Source: an uncultured Thermotogae bacterium (GTDB lineage Bacteria > Bipolaricaulota > Bipolaricaulia > RBG-16-55-9 > JAJCYT01). From it: a DNA stretch of 64,000 bases. Shown piece after piece: positions 44,454-53,952 of the stretch. The notes under the pieces were generated by a model, which was not told where the DNA came from, did no database searches, and worked only from the letters and a program-made list of their open reading frames with translations. The translations under genes and the position numbers were made by a program. The first letter of the stretch is position 1. Every line of letters begins with the position of its first letter. Where the stretch lies: contig CAZNGF010000004.1 of assembly GCA_964572855.1 (NCBI GenBank), positions 3,497 through 67,496 on the forward strand, written 5' to 3'.

Positions 44454-44618
44454 TTACGCCAACAGCAGGCTCAGCGTGCGCTTCAGCCGGCGCCACCAGG
44501 AGCCGCGCGCGCGGCGCGCTTGGCTCAGCAGGCGCTCGGTATCGGCTTCCCGGAGCAATTCCGTGTAGTGCGTTTTGGCGCGCTCGGTCATCATGTCGTT
44601 GTTGTAGTCGTAGAGCAT
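44454..44618 (-). CDS. small basic protein family, copy 1 (53 aa + stop), hypothetical
   Basis: ATG with GAGGTGAGG SD; homologous to 47970-48167 product (conserved E-R-x7-LL-x-EA-x2-ERL-x3-ARR-x-R-x5-RR-L-x3-L). Confidence 0.5.
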   Translation of the reverse strand: MLYDYNNDMMTERAKTHYTELLREADTERLLSQARRARGSWWRRLKRTLSLLLA

Positions 44619-44637
44619 GCACCTCACCTCGATACGC

Positions 44638-44666
44638 AGTATAACATAACAATGTTCTGTTGTCAA
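44638..44666 (-). promoter_or_regulatory. consensus promoter TTGACA-17-TATACT with palindrome ATAACAATGTTCT inside the spacer
   Basis: minus-strand hexamers at ~44661-66 and ~44638-43; drives small gene 44454-44618. Confidence 0.6.
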
Positions 44667-44796
44667 GAGATACGCGAAATTTGCGTTCTGTTCTGCGATC
44701 GAGGCGATGTGCCGGAGGCGTACCGTTGCCCCGTTTCGTCCCCGCGGCCTATACTGGGGCCACCCATCCAGACAGTCCTGCAAAGGAACGTGACCC

Positions 44797-46179
44797 ATGC
44801 ACGTCACCAGTTACGGCGCGGCGCGGGAAGTGACCGGCTCCTGCCACCTGCTCGAGGTCGGCAACGAACACGTCCTGATCGACTGCGGCCTGTTCCAGGG
44901 CGGCGCGCGCCTGGAGGCCAAGAACCACGACCCGTTCCCCTTCGAGCCCGAGCGGATCAGCCAGGTGTTTTTGACCCACGCGCACCTGGACCACTGCGGT
45001 CGGCTGCCGCTGTTGGTCAAGCGCGGCTTCCGCGGAGAGATCATCACCTCGGCGGCCACGGTCGAGGTGGTCAAGTTCATCCTGCTGGACGCGGCCCACG
45101 TCATGCACGAGGAATACCTGTCCGAGCGGCGCCACCGCCGCCGGCGCGGCGAATCGCTACTCCCCCCGCTCTACGACGAGACCGACGTGCTCGAGACGCT
45201 GAACCACCTCGCCCCCGTGCGCGAGAACGGCCGCTTGCACGACGTCGGTCCCCACTTGCGCGTCGCCTTCCACAACGCGGGGCACATCCTGGGCTCGCGC
45301 TTCCTGCAGATCGAGGCGCGGGAGGGCGGGCAGACGCAGCGAATCACCTTCGGCGGCGACCTGGGCAACCCCGGGCGCAGCGTGATGCCCGACTACGCCA
45401 TGCCTCAGCCCTGCGACGTGGTTTACTGCGAGTCGACCTACGGGGACCGCGACCACCGCGACCACGACGGCACGATTCAGGAGTTCGAGGCGGCCGTGCG
45501 CGACTGCCTGGGGCGCGGCGGCAACGTCGTGATCCCCTCGTTCGCCTTGGAACGCTCGCAGGACGTGCTGTTCGCGCTCGAGGACATGGAACGACATGGG
45601 CGGCTGCCCAAGAAAACGAAGGTTTTTCTCAACAGCCCGCTGGCCATCCACATCACGCGCGTCTACCAGCGCTTCCCCGGCGAGCTGGGCTCGGCCGTGC
45701 GCCGGCACATCGAGCGCGGGGACGACCCCTTCCACTTCCCCGGCGTGCGCTACAGCAAGACCGAACGCGAGTCGCGCGAGCTCAACGACCTCGAAGGCGG
45801 CAACATCCTGATCGCCGGCAGCGGCATGTGCAACGGCGGGCGCGTGCTGCACCACCTGAAGCACAACCTCTGGCGCGAGGAGTCGAGCGTGATCCTGGTG
45901 GGCTACCAGGCCAAGGACTCGCTGGGCCGGCTGCTGGTCGAGGGCCGCGAGCGCGTCAAGATCTTCGGCGAGGAGATCGCCGTGCGCGCCAAGGTCCACA
46001 CCGTCAACGGCTTTTCCGCCCACGCCGGCCAGAGCGCCCTGCTCGACTGGCTCGAGGCCACGGGCGACGCCGAGGTCCGCCTGGTCCACGGCGAGTCCAA
46101 CGGGCTGGACGGGCTCAAGTCCAAGCTCGAAGCGCGCGGGCGGCGAGCGACGATCGTGGAGGAGGGCGAGATTGACTGA
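44797..46179 (+). CDS. metallo-beta-lactamase fold, beta-CASP family ribonuclease (RNase J/CPSF-like)
   Basis: 460 aa; HxHxDH (THAHLDHCG), beta-CASP motifs, C-terminal RMMBL region. Confidence 0.8.
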   Translation: MHVTSYGAAREVTGSCHLLEVGNEHVLIDCGLFQGGARLEAKNHDPFPFEPERISQVFLTHAHLDHCGRLPLLVKRGFRGEIITSAATVEVVKFILLDAAHVMHEEYLSERRHRRRRGESLLPPLYDETDVLETLNHLAPVRENGRLHDVGPHLRVAFHNAGHILGSRFLQIEAREGGQTQRITFGGDLGNPGRSVMPDYAMPQPCDVVYCESTYGDRDHRDHDGTIQEFEAAVRDCLGRGGNVVIPSFALERSQDVLFALEDMERHGRLPKKTKVFLNSPLAIHITRVYQRFPGELGSAVRRHIERGDDPFHFPGVRYSKTERESRELNDLEGGNILIAGSGMCNGGRVLHHLKHNLWREESSVILVGYQAKDSLGRLLVEGRERVKIFGEEIAVRAKVHTVNGFSAHAGQSALLDWLEATGDAEVRLVHGESNGLDGLKSKLEARGRRATIVEEGEID

Positions 46180-46289
46180 AAGGCAAGAGGTGGAATCTTC
46201 TGTCCGCTGACGTTCATCACTGCCTTGTCAGAAACCAGCACGCCCGCACTTCAATACCCCCATCGCACACACCAAGAGAAGGGATCACC

Positions 46290-46748
46290 ATGCCCGCAGA
46301 CGTCCAAGAACTCACCATTCGCGCCCGTAACAACGCCAGCGCCTTCGCCAAGGCGGCCCGCCACATCCCGGCCGACAAGCGCGACTGGAAGCCCGCGCCG
46401 GGCGCGCGCAGCGCCGCCGAGATCCTGGCCCACACGGCCTACTGGAACGTCGCGCTCACGGACCCGCTGCGCGGCAAGACGCTCGATGTGGCCGAGGACG
46501 ACTGGATCAAGGCGCAGGCCGACTTCCAAGACCCCAAGCGCGCCGAGGCGCTGGCCCGGCAGACGGGCGAGGCCTTTGCGGCGGCCGTCGAGGGACTGCG
46601 CGAGACGGACTACGAAAAGCAAACCTCGCTGCCCTGGGGCGAGGAGTCGCTTTACAACGTCGTCCTGGGCAACCTGTGGCACCTCACCTACCACAGCGCG
46701 CAGCTCAACTACATCCAGACGCTGCTGGGCGACACCGAAGACCATTGA
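46290..46748 (+). CDS. DinB/YfiT-like (DinB_2) four-helix-bundle metal-binding protein, copy 1
   Basis: 152 aa; His triad context (AHTAYWN...HLTYHSAQLNYIQ). Confidence 0.7.
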   Translation: MPADVQELTIRARNNASAFAKAARHIPADKRDWKPAPGARSAAEILAHTAYWNVALTDPLRGKTLDVAEDDWIKAQADFQDPKRAEALARQTGEAFAAAVEGLRETDYEKQTSLPWGEESLYNVVLGNLWHLTYHSAQLNYIQTLLGDTEDH

Positions 46749-46784
46749 GGCGACGGGGCGGAGGATCCCCCTTTGGATCTCCCT

Positions 46785-46822
46785 TGACAATTATCTCTAA
46801 AAAGTGTAGTGTATAAAACACT
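46785..46822 (+). promoter_or_regulatory. AT-rich promoter region (TTGACA) with inverted repeat AGTGTAGTGTATAAAACACT
   Basis: TTGACA at ~46785; AGTGT/ACACT arms at ~46803-46822; strong AAGGAGG SD follows. Confidence 0.4.
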
Positions 46823-46842
46823 CAATCAGCCAAGGAGGACGC

Positions 46843-47313
46843 ATGCGTTTTCAGGATCAAGCCATCCGCATGACCAAGTTCGCGATGCAGGAGCTGTTCA
46901 AGGTCGCCCGCGCCGTGCCGGCCGACAAGCTGGAGTGGAAACCGCTCGACAACGGGCGCTCCGTGCTGGACCAGCTCCAGGAGACCGCCCAGTCGCCGCT
47001 GTGGTTCGCGTCGATGCTCGATCCCGACTGGAACCCGGAGACCGCCATGGAAGGGGGCGAGGAAGCCGCCAAGGAACGCAAGGGCTGGACCACGATCGAG
47101 GCTTGCGAGCAGGAGGCCAAGCGCAACTGCGAGGCCTTTTACGAGGCGGTCAAGCAGATCCCGGATTCGGACCTGGAGCGCGAGGTCCCCACGCCCTGGG
47201 GCATGACCCCCAACGTGGCCGAGGTGGCCCTGTTCCAGCACTGGAACGCGACCTACCACTACGCCCAGATCAACTACATCCAGACGCTCTACGGCGACTT
47301 CGAGATGCACTGA
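46843..47313 (+). CDS. DinB/YfiT-like protein, copy 2 (tandem paralog)
   Basis: 156 aa; shares C-terminal NYIQTL-GD-E-H with copy 1. Confidence 0.7.
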   Translation: MRFQDQAIRMTKFAMQELFKVARAVPADKLEWKPLDNGRSVLDQLQETAQSPLWFASMLDPDWNPETAMEGGEEAAKERKGWTTIEACEQEAKRNCEAFYEAVKQIPDSDLEREVPTPWGMTPNVAEVALFQHWNATYHYAQINYIQTLYGDFEMH

Positions 47314-47321
47314 GTGCGCGG

Positions 47322-47346
47322 GTAGGGCCCGCTACGCGGGCCCTAC
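47322..47346 (+). terminator. hairpin GTAGGGCCCGC-TAC-GCGGGCCCTAC (REP-like family) 3' of DinB copy 2
   Basis: 11-bp stem 9 nt after stop. Confidence 0.5.
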
Positions 47347-47379
47347 GACATTCACGTCTTCGCAACGAAAGGAACTTGA

Positions 47380-47622
47380 GTGAAAGGCCGAATCGCACTC
47401 GTCACCGTGCTGGCCGACGACGTGCCGGCGTTGCGGGATTTCTATCGGGACGTGCTCGGCTTTGAGGTCCAACAGGACCTGGGTTCGTACGTCGAGTTCC
47501 ACTCGCGCGGCGCCGCGCCCGTCAAGGGGCCGGCCGACATGCCCTGGGGCCAGCGCGCGGCCTTCTTCGCCGACCCCGAGGGCAACGTCCACGAGCTGTT
47601 CGCGGAGTTGCAGCAATCGTGA
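47380..47622 (+). CDS. short VOC (glyoxalase/bleomycin-resistance fold) family protein, possibly truncated
   Basis: 80 aa, GTG start; N-terminal I-A-L-V-T-V-L-A-D-D-V-x-A-L-R-D-F-Y-R-D-V-L-G-F-E-V motif. Confidence 0.45.
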   Translation: MKGRIALVTVLADDVPALRDFYRDVLGFEVQQDLGSYVEFHSRGAAPVKGPADMPWGQRAAFFADPEGNVHELFAELQQS

Positions 47623-47657
47623 TCTGGACGGGTGTGAAGGCGGAATCTGCGGCGCGC

Positions 47658-47686
47658 CTTGACATCAGACCGACGAGGGAGTATGC
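47658..47686 (+). promoter_or_regulatory. consensus sigma70 promoter TTGACA-17-TATGCT
   Basis: exact hexamers, 17-nt spacer. Confidence 0.6.
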
Positions 47687-47729
47687 TATCGCATTACGAT
47701 TTAACCCAGACCGAAAGGACGGTGGTCCC

Positions 47730-47789
47730 GATGTTCAAAGTCATTCCTCAAGCGGTCACCGCAGGTCTGTGGTTCCCGCACGCCGCCTA
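47730..47789 (+). CDS. 19-aa peptide ORF MFKVIPQAVTAGLWFPHAA (leader peptide or small hydrophobic peptide?)
   Basis: ATG about 37 nt after predicted TSS, GGTGG 5 nt upstream; followed by ~180-nt spacer before next gene. Confidence 0.3.
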
Positions 47790-47969
47790 GCCCTTCTGCG
47801 TTGAGCGGCGTTCGGCTTCCACGGCCACGCTGCTCCTGACGTTTTCTCTCAAAGCACCACCCGTCACGAGCGCGGTATCCAGACCTGCGATTCCCAATTC
47901 AGACCATGTCGTCCGTGTGCGTCGCTTCGGCGCGCACTCACGCGCGTACAGGCGAGAGGGGGTGGTACT

Positions 47970-48167
47970 ATGTGGGATCTACAGCCCGAGCTCAACCGGC
48001 ATCTGGCGGCGGAACGACACCGCGCGCTGCTGAGCGAGGCGGAGCGGGAACGGCTGTCACGCGGCGCGCGCCGTCGCAGACCCAGGATGCGGCATCGACT
48101 GGCGTATCATTTGGGCGGGGCGTTGTGCATGCTGGGCGCGCGGCTGCAAAGCGGTCAGAACTCCTGA
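47970..48167 (+). CDS. small basic protein family, copy 2 (65 aa)
   Basis: ATG with GGGGGTGG SD; homolog of 44454-44618 product. Confidence 0.5.
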   Translation: MWDLQPELNRHLAAERHRALLSEAERERLSRGARRRRPRMRHRLAYHLGGALCMLGARLQSGQNS

Positions 48168-48247
48168 GACACCGAACAGACGCGAAAGGAGCTTTTCATG
48201 ATTCCATTGACCCGAGTTGACAAGCCCCACACCGCTTCACGACAGCA

Positions 48248-48285
48248 GAGCGCCCTGCACGGTCAGGGCGCTCTCGCTTCTTTTC
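48248..48285 (+). terminator. Rho-independent terminator GAGCGCCCTG-CACGGT-CAGGGCGCTC + TCGCTTCTTTTCCC
   Basis: 10-bp stem and T-rich tail 80 nt after small gene stop. Confidence 0.6.
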
Positions 48286-48303
48286 CCACCCGCGTTTCCA
48301 CCT

Positions 48304-48400
48304 AGTACACCGCCACGATGTTTCTTTTGTGTAGGGGTCCCATTTCATGGGACCCGGCATACACGCCCGGTTCTTGACCAAGTGGGCGTTGTGGACGGCC
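48304..48400. repeat. ~100-bp repeated element, copy 2 (hairpin GGGGTCCCATTTCATGGGACCC)
   Basis: aligns with 40971-41070. Confidence 0.6.
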
Positions 48401-48563
48401 AGCACCCCGGCGGTTGCAGCCGCGTCCAGGCTCGTGCGCAGGCCGATCCTCCGGAACGAATACACCCCGGCCACCTCGGAGATGGGATTCCGCCCCGACG
48501 CGCGGAGGCGCTCGAACGGCTCGATTCCCCGTAGCGCGTCGTGCAGCGTGTCGGGAAGCGCCT

Positions 48564-48926
48564 TCAACATGGCGTACATGGTCCCGTACTGCGCCGAGCT
48601 GAAGCCCTCGGCCGCCGGCACGCCCAGCCCCGATTGCGCAGCGCGTTGGCCAGCGCCAAGCGCGCGAACTCCCGCGCTTCCAGTGCCGCGCCCGCGCCCA
48701 AAAGGGTTTGTAGCGCGCGCTCGTCCCCTTCTTCCCAGAGCGCGTGCAGCGCGGGCAAGGCAAAGCGCGGGTCGGGGTCGAAGCGCTGGCCGGCCGCGTC
48801 ACCGTCGAGGCCAAACGCGACGGGCGCGACTTGGACGGGACCGGCCGCTTGGGCCGGCGCGGGGGAGGCGCTCAGGCACAGCAGGGCGAGCAGGGCCGCG
48901 AGCGGGAGGCAGCGTATCGGGTTCAT
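48564..48926 (-). CDS. secreted hypothetical protein (possible 5' part of a frameshifted gene continuing in ORF 48196-48621)
   Basis: ATG MNPIRCLPLAALLALLCLSASPAPAQA signal peptide. Confidence 0.35.
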   Translation of the reverse strand: MNPIRCLPLAALLALLCLSASPAPAQAAGPVQVAPVAFGLDGDAAGQRFDPDPRFALPALHALWEEGDERALQTLLGAGAALEAREFARLALANALRNRGWACRRPRASARRSTGPCTPC

Positions 48927-49006
48927 GCGGGCATGATATCGGCTGGCGCAGGGCACGACATGGCCCGTAGGGGCGGGTCCCCGTGCCTGCCCCGGCGCCT
49001 CAAGCC

Positions 49007-49034
49007 GTAGGGGCGCCCCGCGAAACGCCCCTAC
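49007..49034 (-). terminator. hairpin GTAGGGGCG-N10-CGCCCCTAC (REP-like family) 3' of cysQ
   Basis: 9-bp stem 20 nt after cysQ stop. Confidence 0.45.
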
Positions 49035-49051
49035 TCCACCGGGATCGACCG

Positions 49052-49792
<741 letters not shown>

Positions 49793-49833
49793 GCTCGCTC
49801 CTCAAGTGCTTTTGGTTTCCTTGCTCGTGTGCA

Positions 49834-50810
<977 letters not shown>

Positions 50811-50814
<4 letters not shown>

Positions 50815-50838
50815 GCCGGGCGCGCGTTCGGTATACTG
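50811..50838 (+). promoter_or_regulatory. promoter TTGAGC-16-TATACT giving a leaderless transcript for the second esterase
   Basis: -10 ends ~50838, ATG at 50844. Confidence 0.45.
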
Positions 50839-50843
50839 GCGGC

Positions 50844-51713
50844 ATGCAAGTGCGAGATCTGTCAAGCGGATGCGGGTTCGGGATCAAGTGGCTGGGCGTG
50901 GCGCTGATCGCGCTCGGGGTGGGATTGGCCCCCACGGCCCAGGGCCAAGCGCCCGGCGTCCAGCGCGACCTGGACGTGCGTTATTACGAGGGCGCGGGCT
51001 ACAGCCCGGTCAAGCACAGGCTCGACGTCTACCGGCCCAGCGGCGCCAGCCGCGCGCCCGTGATCCTGTTCGTCCACGGCGGGAGCTGGCAGAGCGGCGA
51101 CAAGTCGTTTTACGATTTCATCGGCGAGCGCTTCGCCGCGCAGGGTTTCGTGACCGTCGTGATCAACTACCGGCTCACGCCCGCGGTGCGGCACCCCGAG
51201 CACGTCCGGGACGTGGCGCGCGCCTTCCGCTGGACCTACGAGCACGTCCACGCCTACGGCGGCGACCCGCGTTCGATCTACCTGGCGGGCCATTCGGCCG
51301 GCGGGCACCTGGTCGCGCTGCTGGCGCTCAACGAGCGCTTCCTGGAGGCCGAGGGCATGCGCACGAATATGATCCGCGGCGTGATCGGGGTCAGCGGCGT
51401 CTACGTGATTGAGCCGGACGCGCGCCTGTTCGACGACGTCTTCAGCGCCGACCCGGCGGCGCGCCTGGACGCCTCGCCCCTCGAACACGTCGACGCGCGG
51501 CAGCCGCCCTTCCTGCTGGCCTACGGCCGCTTCGACTTCCCCACGCTGGACGACCAGGCCGAGGCGCTCGCTGAGGCACTTGTCTCGCAGGGCACCCCGG
51601 CCCGCGCCGAGGAGATCGGCGGCCGGGGGCACTACTCCATCGTGCTCAACCTGGGCAAAAGCGGTGATCCGACCACGCAATTGATTGAATCGTTCGTGAA
51701 CGAAGACCTCTGA
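50844..51713 (+). CDS. secreted alpha/beta hydrolase (esterase/lipase, BD-FAE-like)
   Basis: 289 aa from MQVRDLSSG; signal peptide; HGGSW and GHSAGG motifs. Confidence 0.8.
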   Translation: MQVRDLSSGCGFGIKWLGVALIALGVGLAPTAQGQAPGVQRDLDVRYYEGAGYSPVKHRLDVYRPSGASRAPVILFVHGGSWQSGDKSFYDFIGERFAAQGFVTVVINYRLTPAVRHPEHVRDVARAFRWTYEHVHAYGGDPRSIYLAGHSAGGHLVALLALNERFLEAEGMRTNMIRGVIGVSGVYVIEPDARLFDDVFSADPAARLDASPLEHVDARQPPFLLAYGRFDFPTLDDQAEALAEALVSQGTPARAEEIGGRGHYSIVLNLGKSGDPTTQLIESFVNEDL

Positions 51714-51774
51714 TCCACTAGGCCGGGACGTTGCAATCGAAAAGAAGTCTAGAACACCATCTGACAACGCCGGC

Positions 51775-52110
51775 TCAATTCGGCCGGATCACCTTGTCCG
51801 CCTTTAGCATCGTGATCACGGTCTGGGCCATCGTGCCCACCTCGCCGACGCGCAACTGGTCGTTCCGATCCCAATAGTCCAGGCACGTCTTGCAGGTGAC
51901 GATCTTCGTGCCGCGTCGTTCGAACACGTGCAGCAGATCCAGCACGGGGCTGCCCTCGGTGGTGAGGTTGATCCCGGAATTCACGCAGCCGATCACGTCG
52001 ATGTGCCCGTTGGCGTCCACCAGTTCGTGCAGGAAGATCACCATCAGCTTCTGCCCCAGCTCGGGATCGCCCTCGCCCATCTTGTCGGAGTTCAAATACA
52101 GGAAGGTCAT
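51775..52110 (-). CDS. DsrE/DsrF/TusD-like (YchN-fold) small protein
   Basis: 111 aa from MTFLYLNSDK with AAAGGA SD; CKTC cysteine pair near C-terminus. Confidence 0.5.
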   Translation of the reverse strand: MTFLYLNSDKMGEGDPELGQKLMVIFLHELVDANGHIDVIGCVNSGINLTTEGSPVLDLLHVFERRGTKIVTCKTCLDYWDRNDQLRVGEVGTMAQTVITMLKADKVIRPN

Positions 52111-52279
52111 GCGCGGTCCTTTCTCGCAAGTGCGTTGAAAGCCACGGCGTGACTCTAGCGAGGCGAGGAATGAACGCCCATGACCTGTTGGGCCAGACTT
52201 AATGATCTGGATCAGACTTGCAGGGCCCGCTGTGCGGGCCGAACGCGACGGAAACGGCCTGCGTAGCAGGCCCAACATT

Positions 52280-53749
52280 TTACGGCAACGTCTTCCCGAG
52301 CCGCACGACCTCGTCGGCCAACACCGTGAAATCCTCGCGCTTCGTGCGGTGGTTGACGTTGGCGACGCGGATGGCGTAGCGGCCGCGGAGCGTGGCGTAC
52401 GACGGCGCGGCGACGCCGCTTTCCTGGAGTTGATTCAAGATTTCCTCGTTGAGCGCGTTGAGTTCGTCCTCGCCCAAGCCCTCGCGGACGTAGCGGAAGC
52501 ACACGACGTTGAGCGGGGCCGGGGCGGCGAGTTCGAGGTCCGGGTGCTGCTCGACCAGTTCGACCAGATAGCGGCACTGGTCCACGTTCTGCTGGATCAG
52601 CCGGCCGTATTTCTCGACGCCGTGCTCCTTGAGGCCCATCCAGACCTTGAGCGCGCGGAAGCCGCGCGAGAGCTGGGGGCCGTACTCGCCGAACCAGTGC
52701 GGTCCGCCGGCGATGCCGCGCTCGCCGTGCGCCAGGTAGCCGGCGGCGGCCATGTACGAGTCGTGCTGCGCCTCGGCCTCGCGCACCAGGACGCAGCCCA
52801 CCTCAATCGGCATGTACATCCACTTGTGCAGGTCGAAGGCCAGCGAGTCGGCCCGTTCCATCCCGGCGGTCAGGGGTTTGAGCTCCGGCGCGAGCGCGGC
52901 CAGCGCGCCGAAGGCGCCGTCGACGTGGTACCAGAGTCCCTCGCGCGCGGCGATCTCGGCCAGCGCGTCCAAATCGTCGAACGCGCCCGTGTTGACCGTG
53001 CCGGCGTTGCCCACCACGCAGAAGGGGTGCAGCCCGTCGGCCTTGTCCCGCCTGATTTGGGCTTCGAGCGCGTCCAGGTCGATCTCGTAAGACTCGTTGG
53101 TCGGGACCAGGCGCAGCGACTCCAGCCCGAGCCCCAGGGCCATGACGGCCTTGTGGACCGAGTTGTGGACCTGCTCGGAGGCATACAGAACCATGCGCCG
53201 CGGCGCGCCCTGCAGGCCCACCTCGCGCAGCGCGACCTCGGCGCGCGCGTTGCGGGCCACGGTGAGGCCGATCAGGTTGGCCATCGAGCCGCCGCTGGCC
53301 AGCAGGCCGCCCGCCGCGCGCGGGAAGCCCAGCAGTTCTTTGAACCAGTTGAGCACCTGCGCCTCGACGTAGTTGGCCGCGTGCTCGCCGCCGCCCAGGT
53401 TGGGGTTCATGCCGGCGGCCAGCAGCTCGGCCAGCATCCCCAGCGGCGTGCCCGTGCCGATCACCCAGCCCCAGAAGCGCGGGTGGATGTTGCCGATCGG
53501 GTAGGGCAGCACGTGGGCCTTGAACGCCTCGTAGATCGCGGCCCGATCCTGCGGCGCGCGCGGGACGGGCTGGTCCATGTACGCTTTGGATTCGGTCGGG
53601 ATCGCCTGCCACACGGGCCGCTCGCGCACGTTCTTTTGATAGTCGAGCATGTCGTCGACCATCCGGTGCGCCAGCGCGCGCAAATCGTCCCAGTTTTGCG
53701 GGTCGAGCGTTTCCTCGGATTGCGGCGTGACATCGGTGTGCATGGCCAC
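52280..53749 (-). CDS. pyridoxal-phosphate dependent decarboxylase, group II (aromatic-amino-acid/diaminobutyrate decarboxylase-like)
   Basis: 489 aa; SGGSMANL, FDLHKW (PLP-lysine), HVDGAFG blocks. Confidence 0.85.
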   Translation of the reverse strand: MAMHTDVTPQSEETLDPQNWDDLRALAHRMVDDMLDYQKNVRERPVWQAIPTESKAYMDQPVPRAPQDRAAIYEAFKAHVLPYPIGNIHPRFWGWVIGTGTPLGMLAELLAAGMNPNLGGGEHAANYVEAQVLNWFKELLGFPRAAGGLLASGGSMANLIGLTVARNARAEVALREVGLQGAPRRMVLYASEQVHNSVHKAVMALGLGLESLRLVPTNESYEIDLDALEAQIRRDKADGLHPFCVVGNAGTVNTGAFDDLDALAEIAAREGLWYHVDGAFGALAALAPELKPLTAGMERADSLAFDLHKWMYMPIEVGCVLVREAEAQHDSYMAAAGYLAHGERGIAGGPHWFGEYGPQLSRGFRALKVWMGLKEHGVEKYGRLIQQNVDQCRYLVELVEQHPDLELAAPAPLNVVCFRYVREGLGEDELNALNEEILNQLQESGVAAPSYATLRGRYAIRVANVNHRTKREDFTVLADEVVRLGKTLP

Positions 53750-53829
53750 TCCTTGGAAATCGTCTTCGGGATTTATAATGTGGACGATCAGCGTAACCGA
53801 GCGCTGGCCGGATGCAAGAAGGGGGTTTT

Positions 53830-53952
53830 ATGAAGGGGGCCGTGCGGATCGTTCTGCTGTTGACGCTGTTGGGCTGGAACGCGAGCGCGCTGCCGGGGTC
53901 GGCGCTGGCGCAGGCCGAGCCCAACCCGTTCCTCGACCTGCTGCACGAGTAG
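53830..53952 (+). CDS. 40-aa secreted peptide (signal peptide + QAEPNPFLDLLHE)
   Basis: AGGGGG SD 5 nt upstream; stop TAG directly abuts next ATG. Confidence 0.4.
   Translation: MKGAVRIVLLLTLLGWNASALPGSALAQAEPNPFLDLLHE

Noticed and set aside
47380-47622. Truncated VOC/glyoxalase as a pseudogene
   Set aside because: 80 aa is short but single-module VOC proteins exist; without alignment I cannot show that a module is missing.
48199-48306. 35-aa ORF with excellent GAAAGGAG site directly after small-protein copy 2
   Set aside because: It reads straight through the Rho-independent terminator hairpin (48248-48285) and has no homolog within the window, so it is more likely a chance ORF in the 3' UTR.
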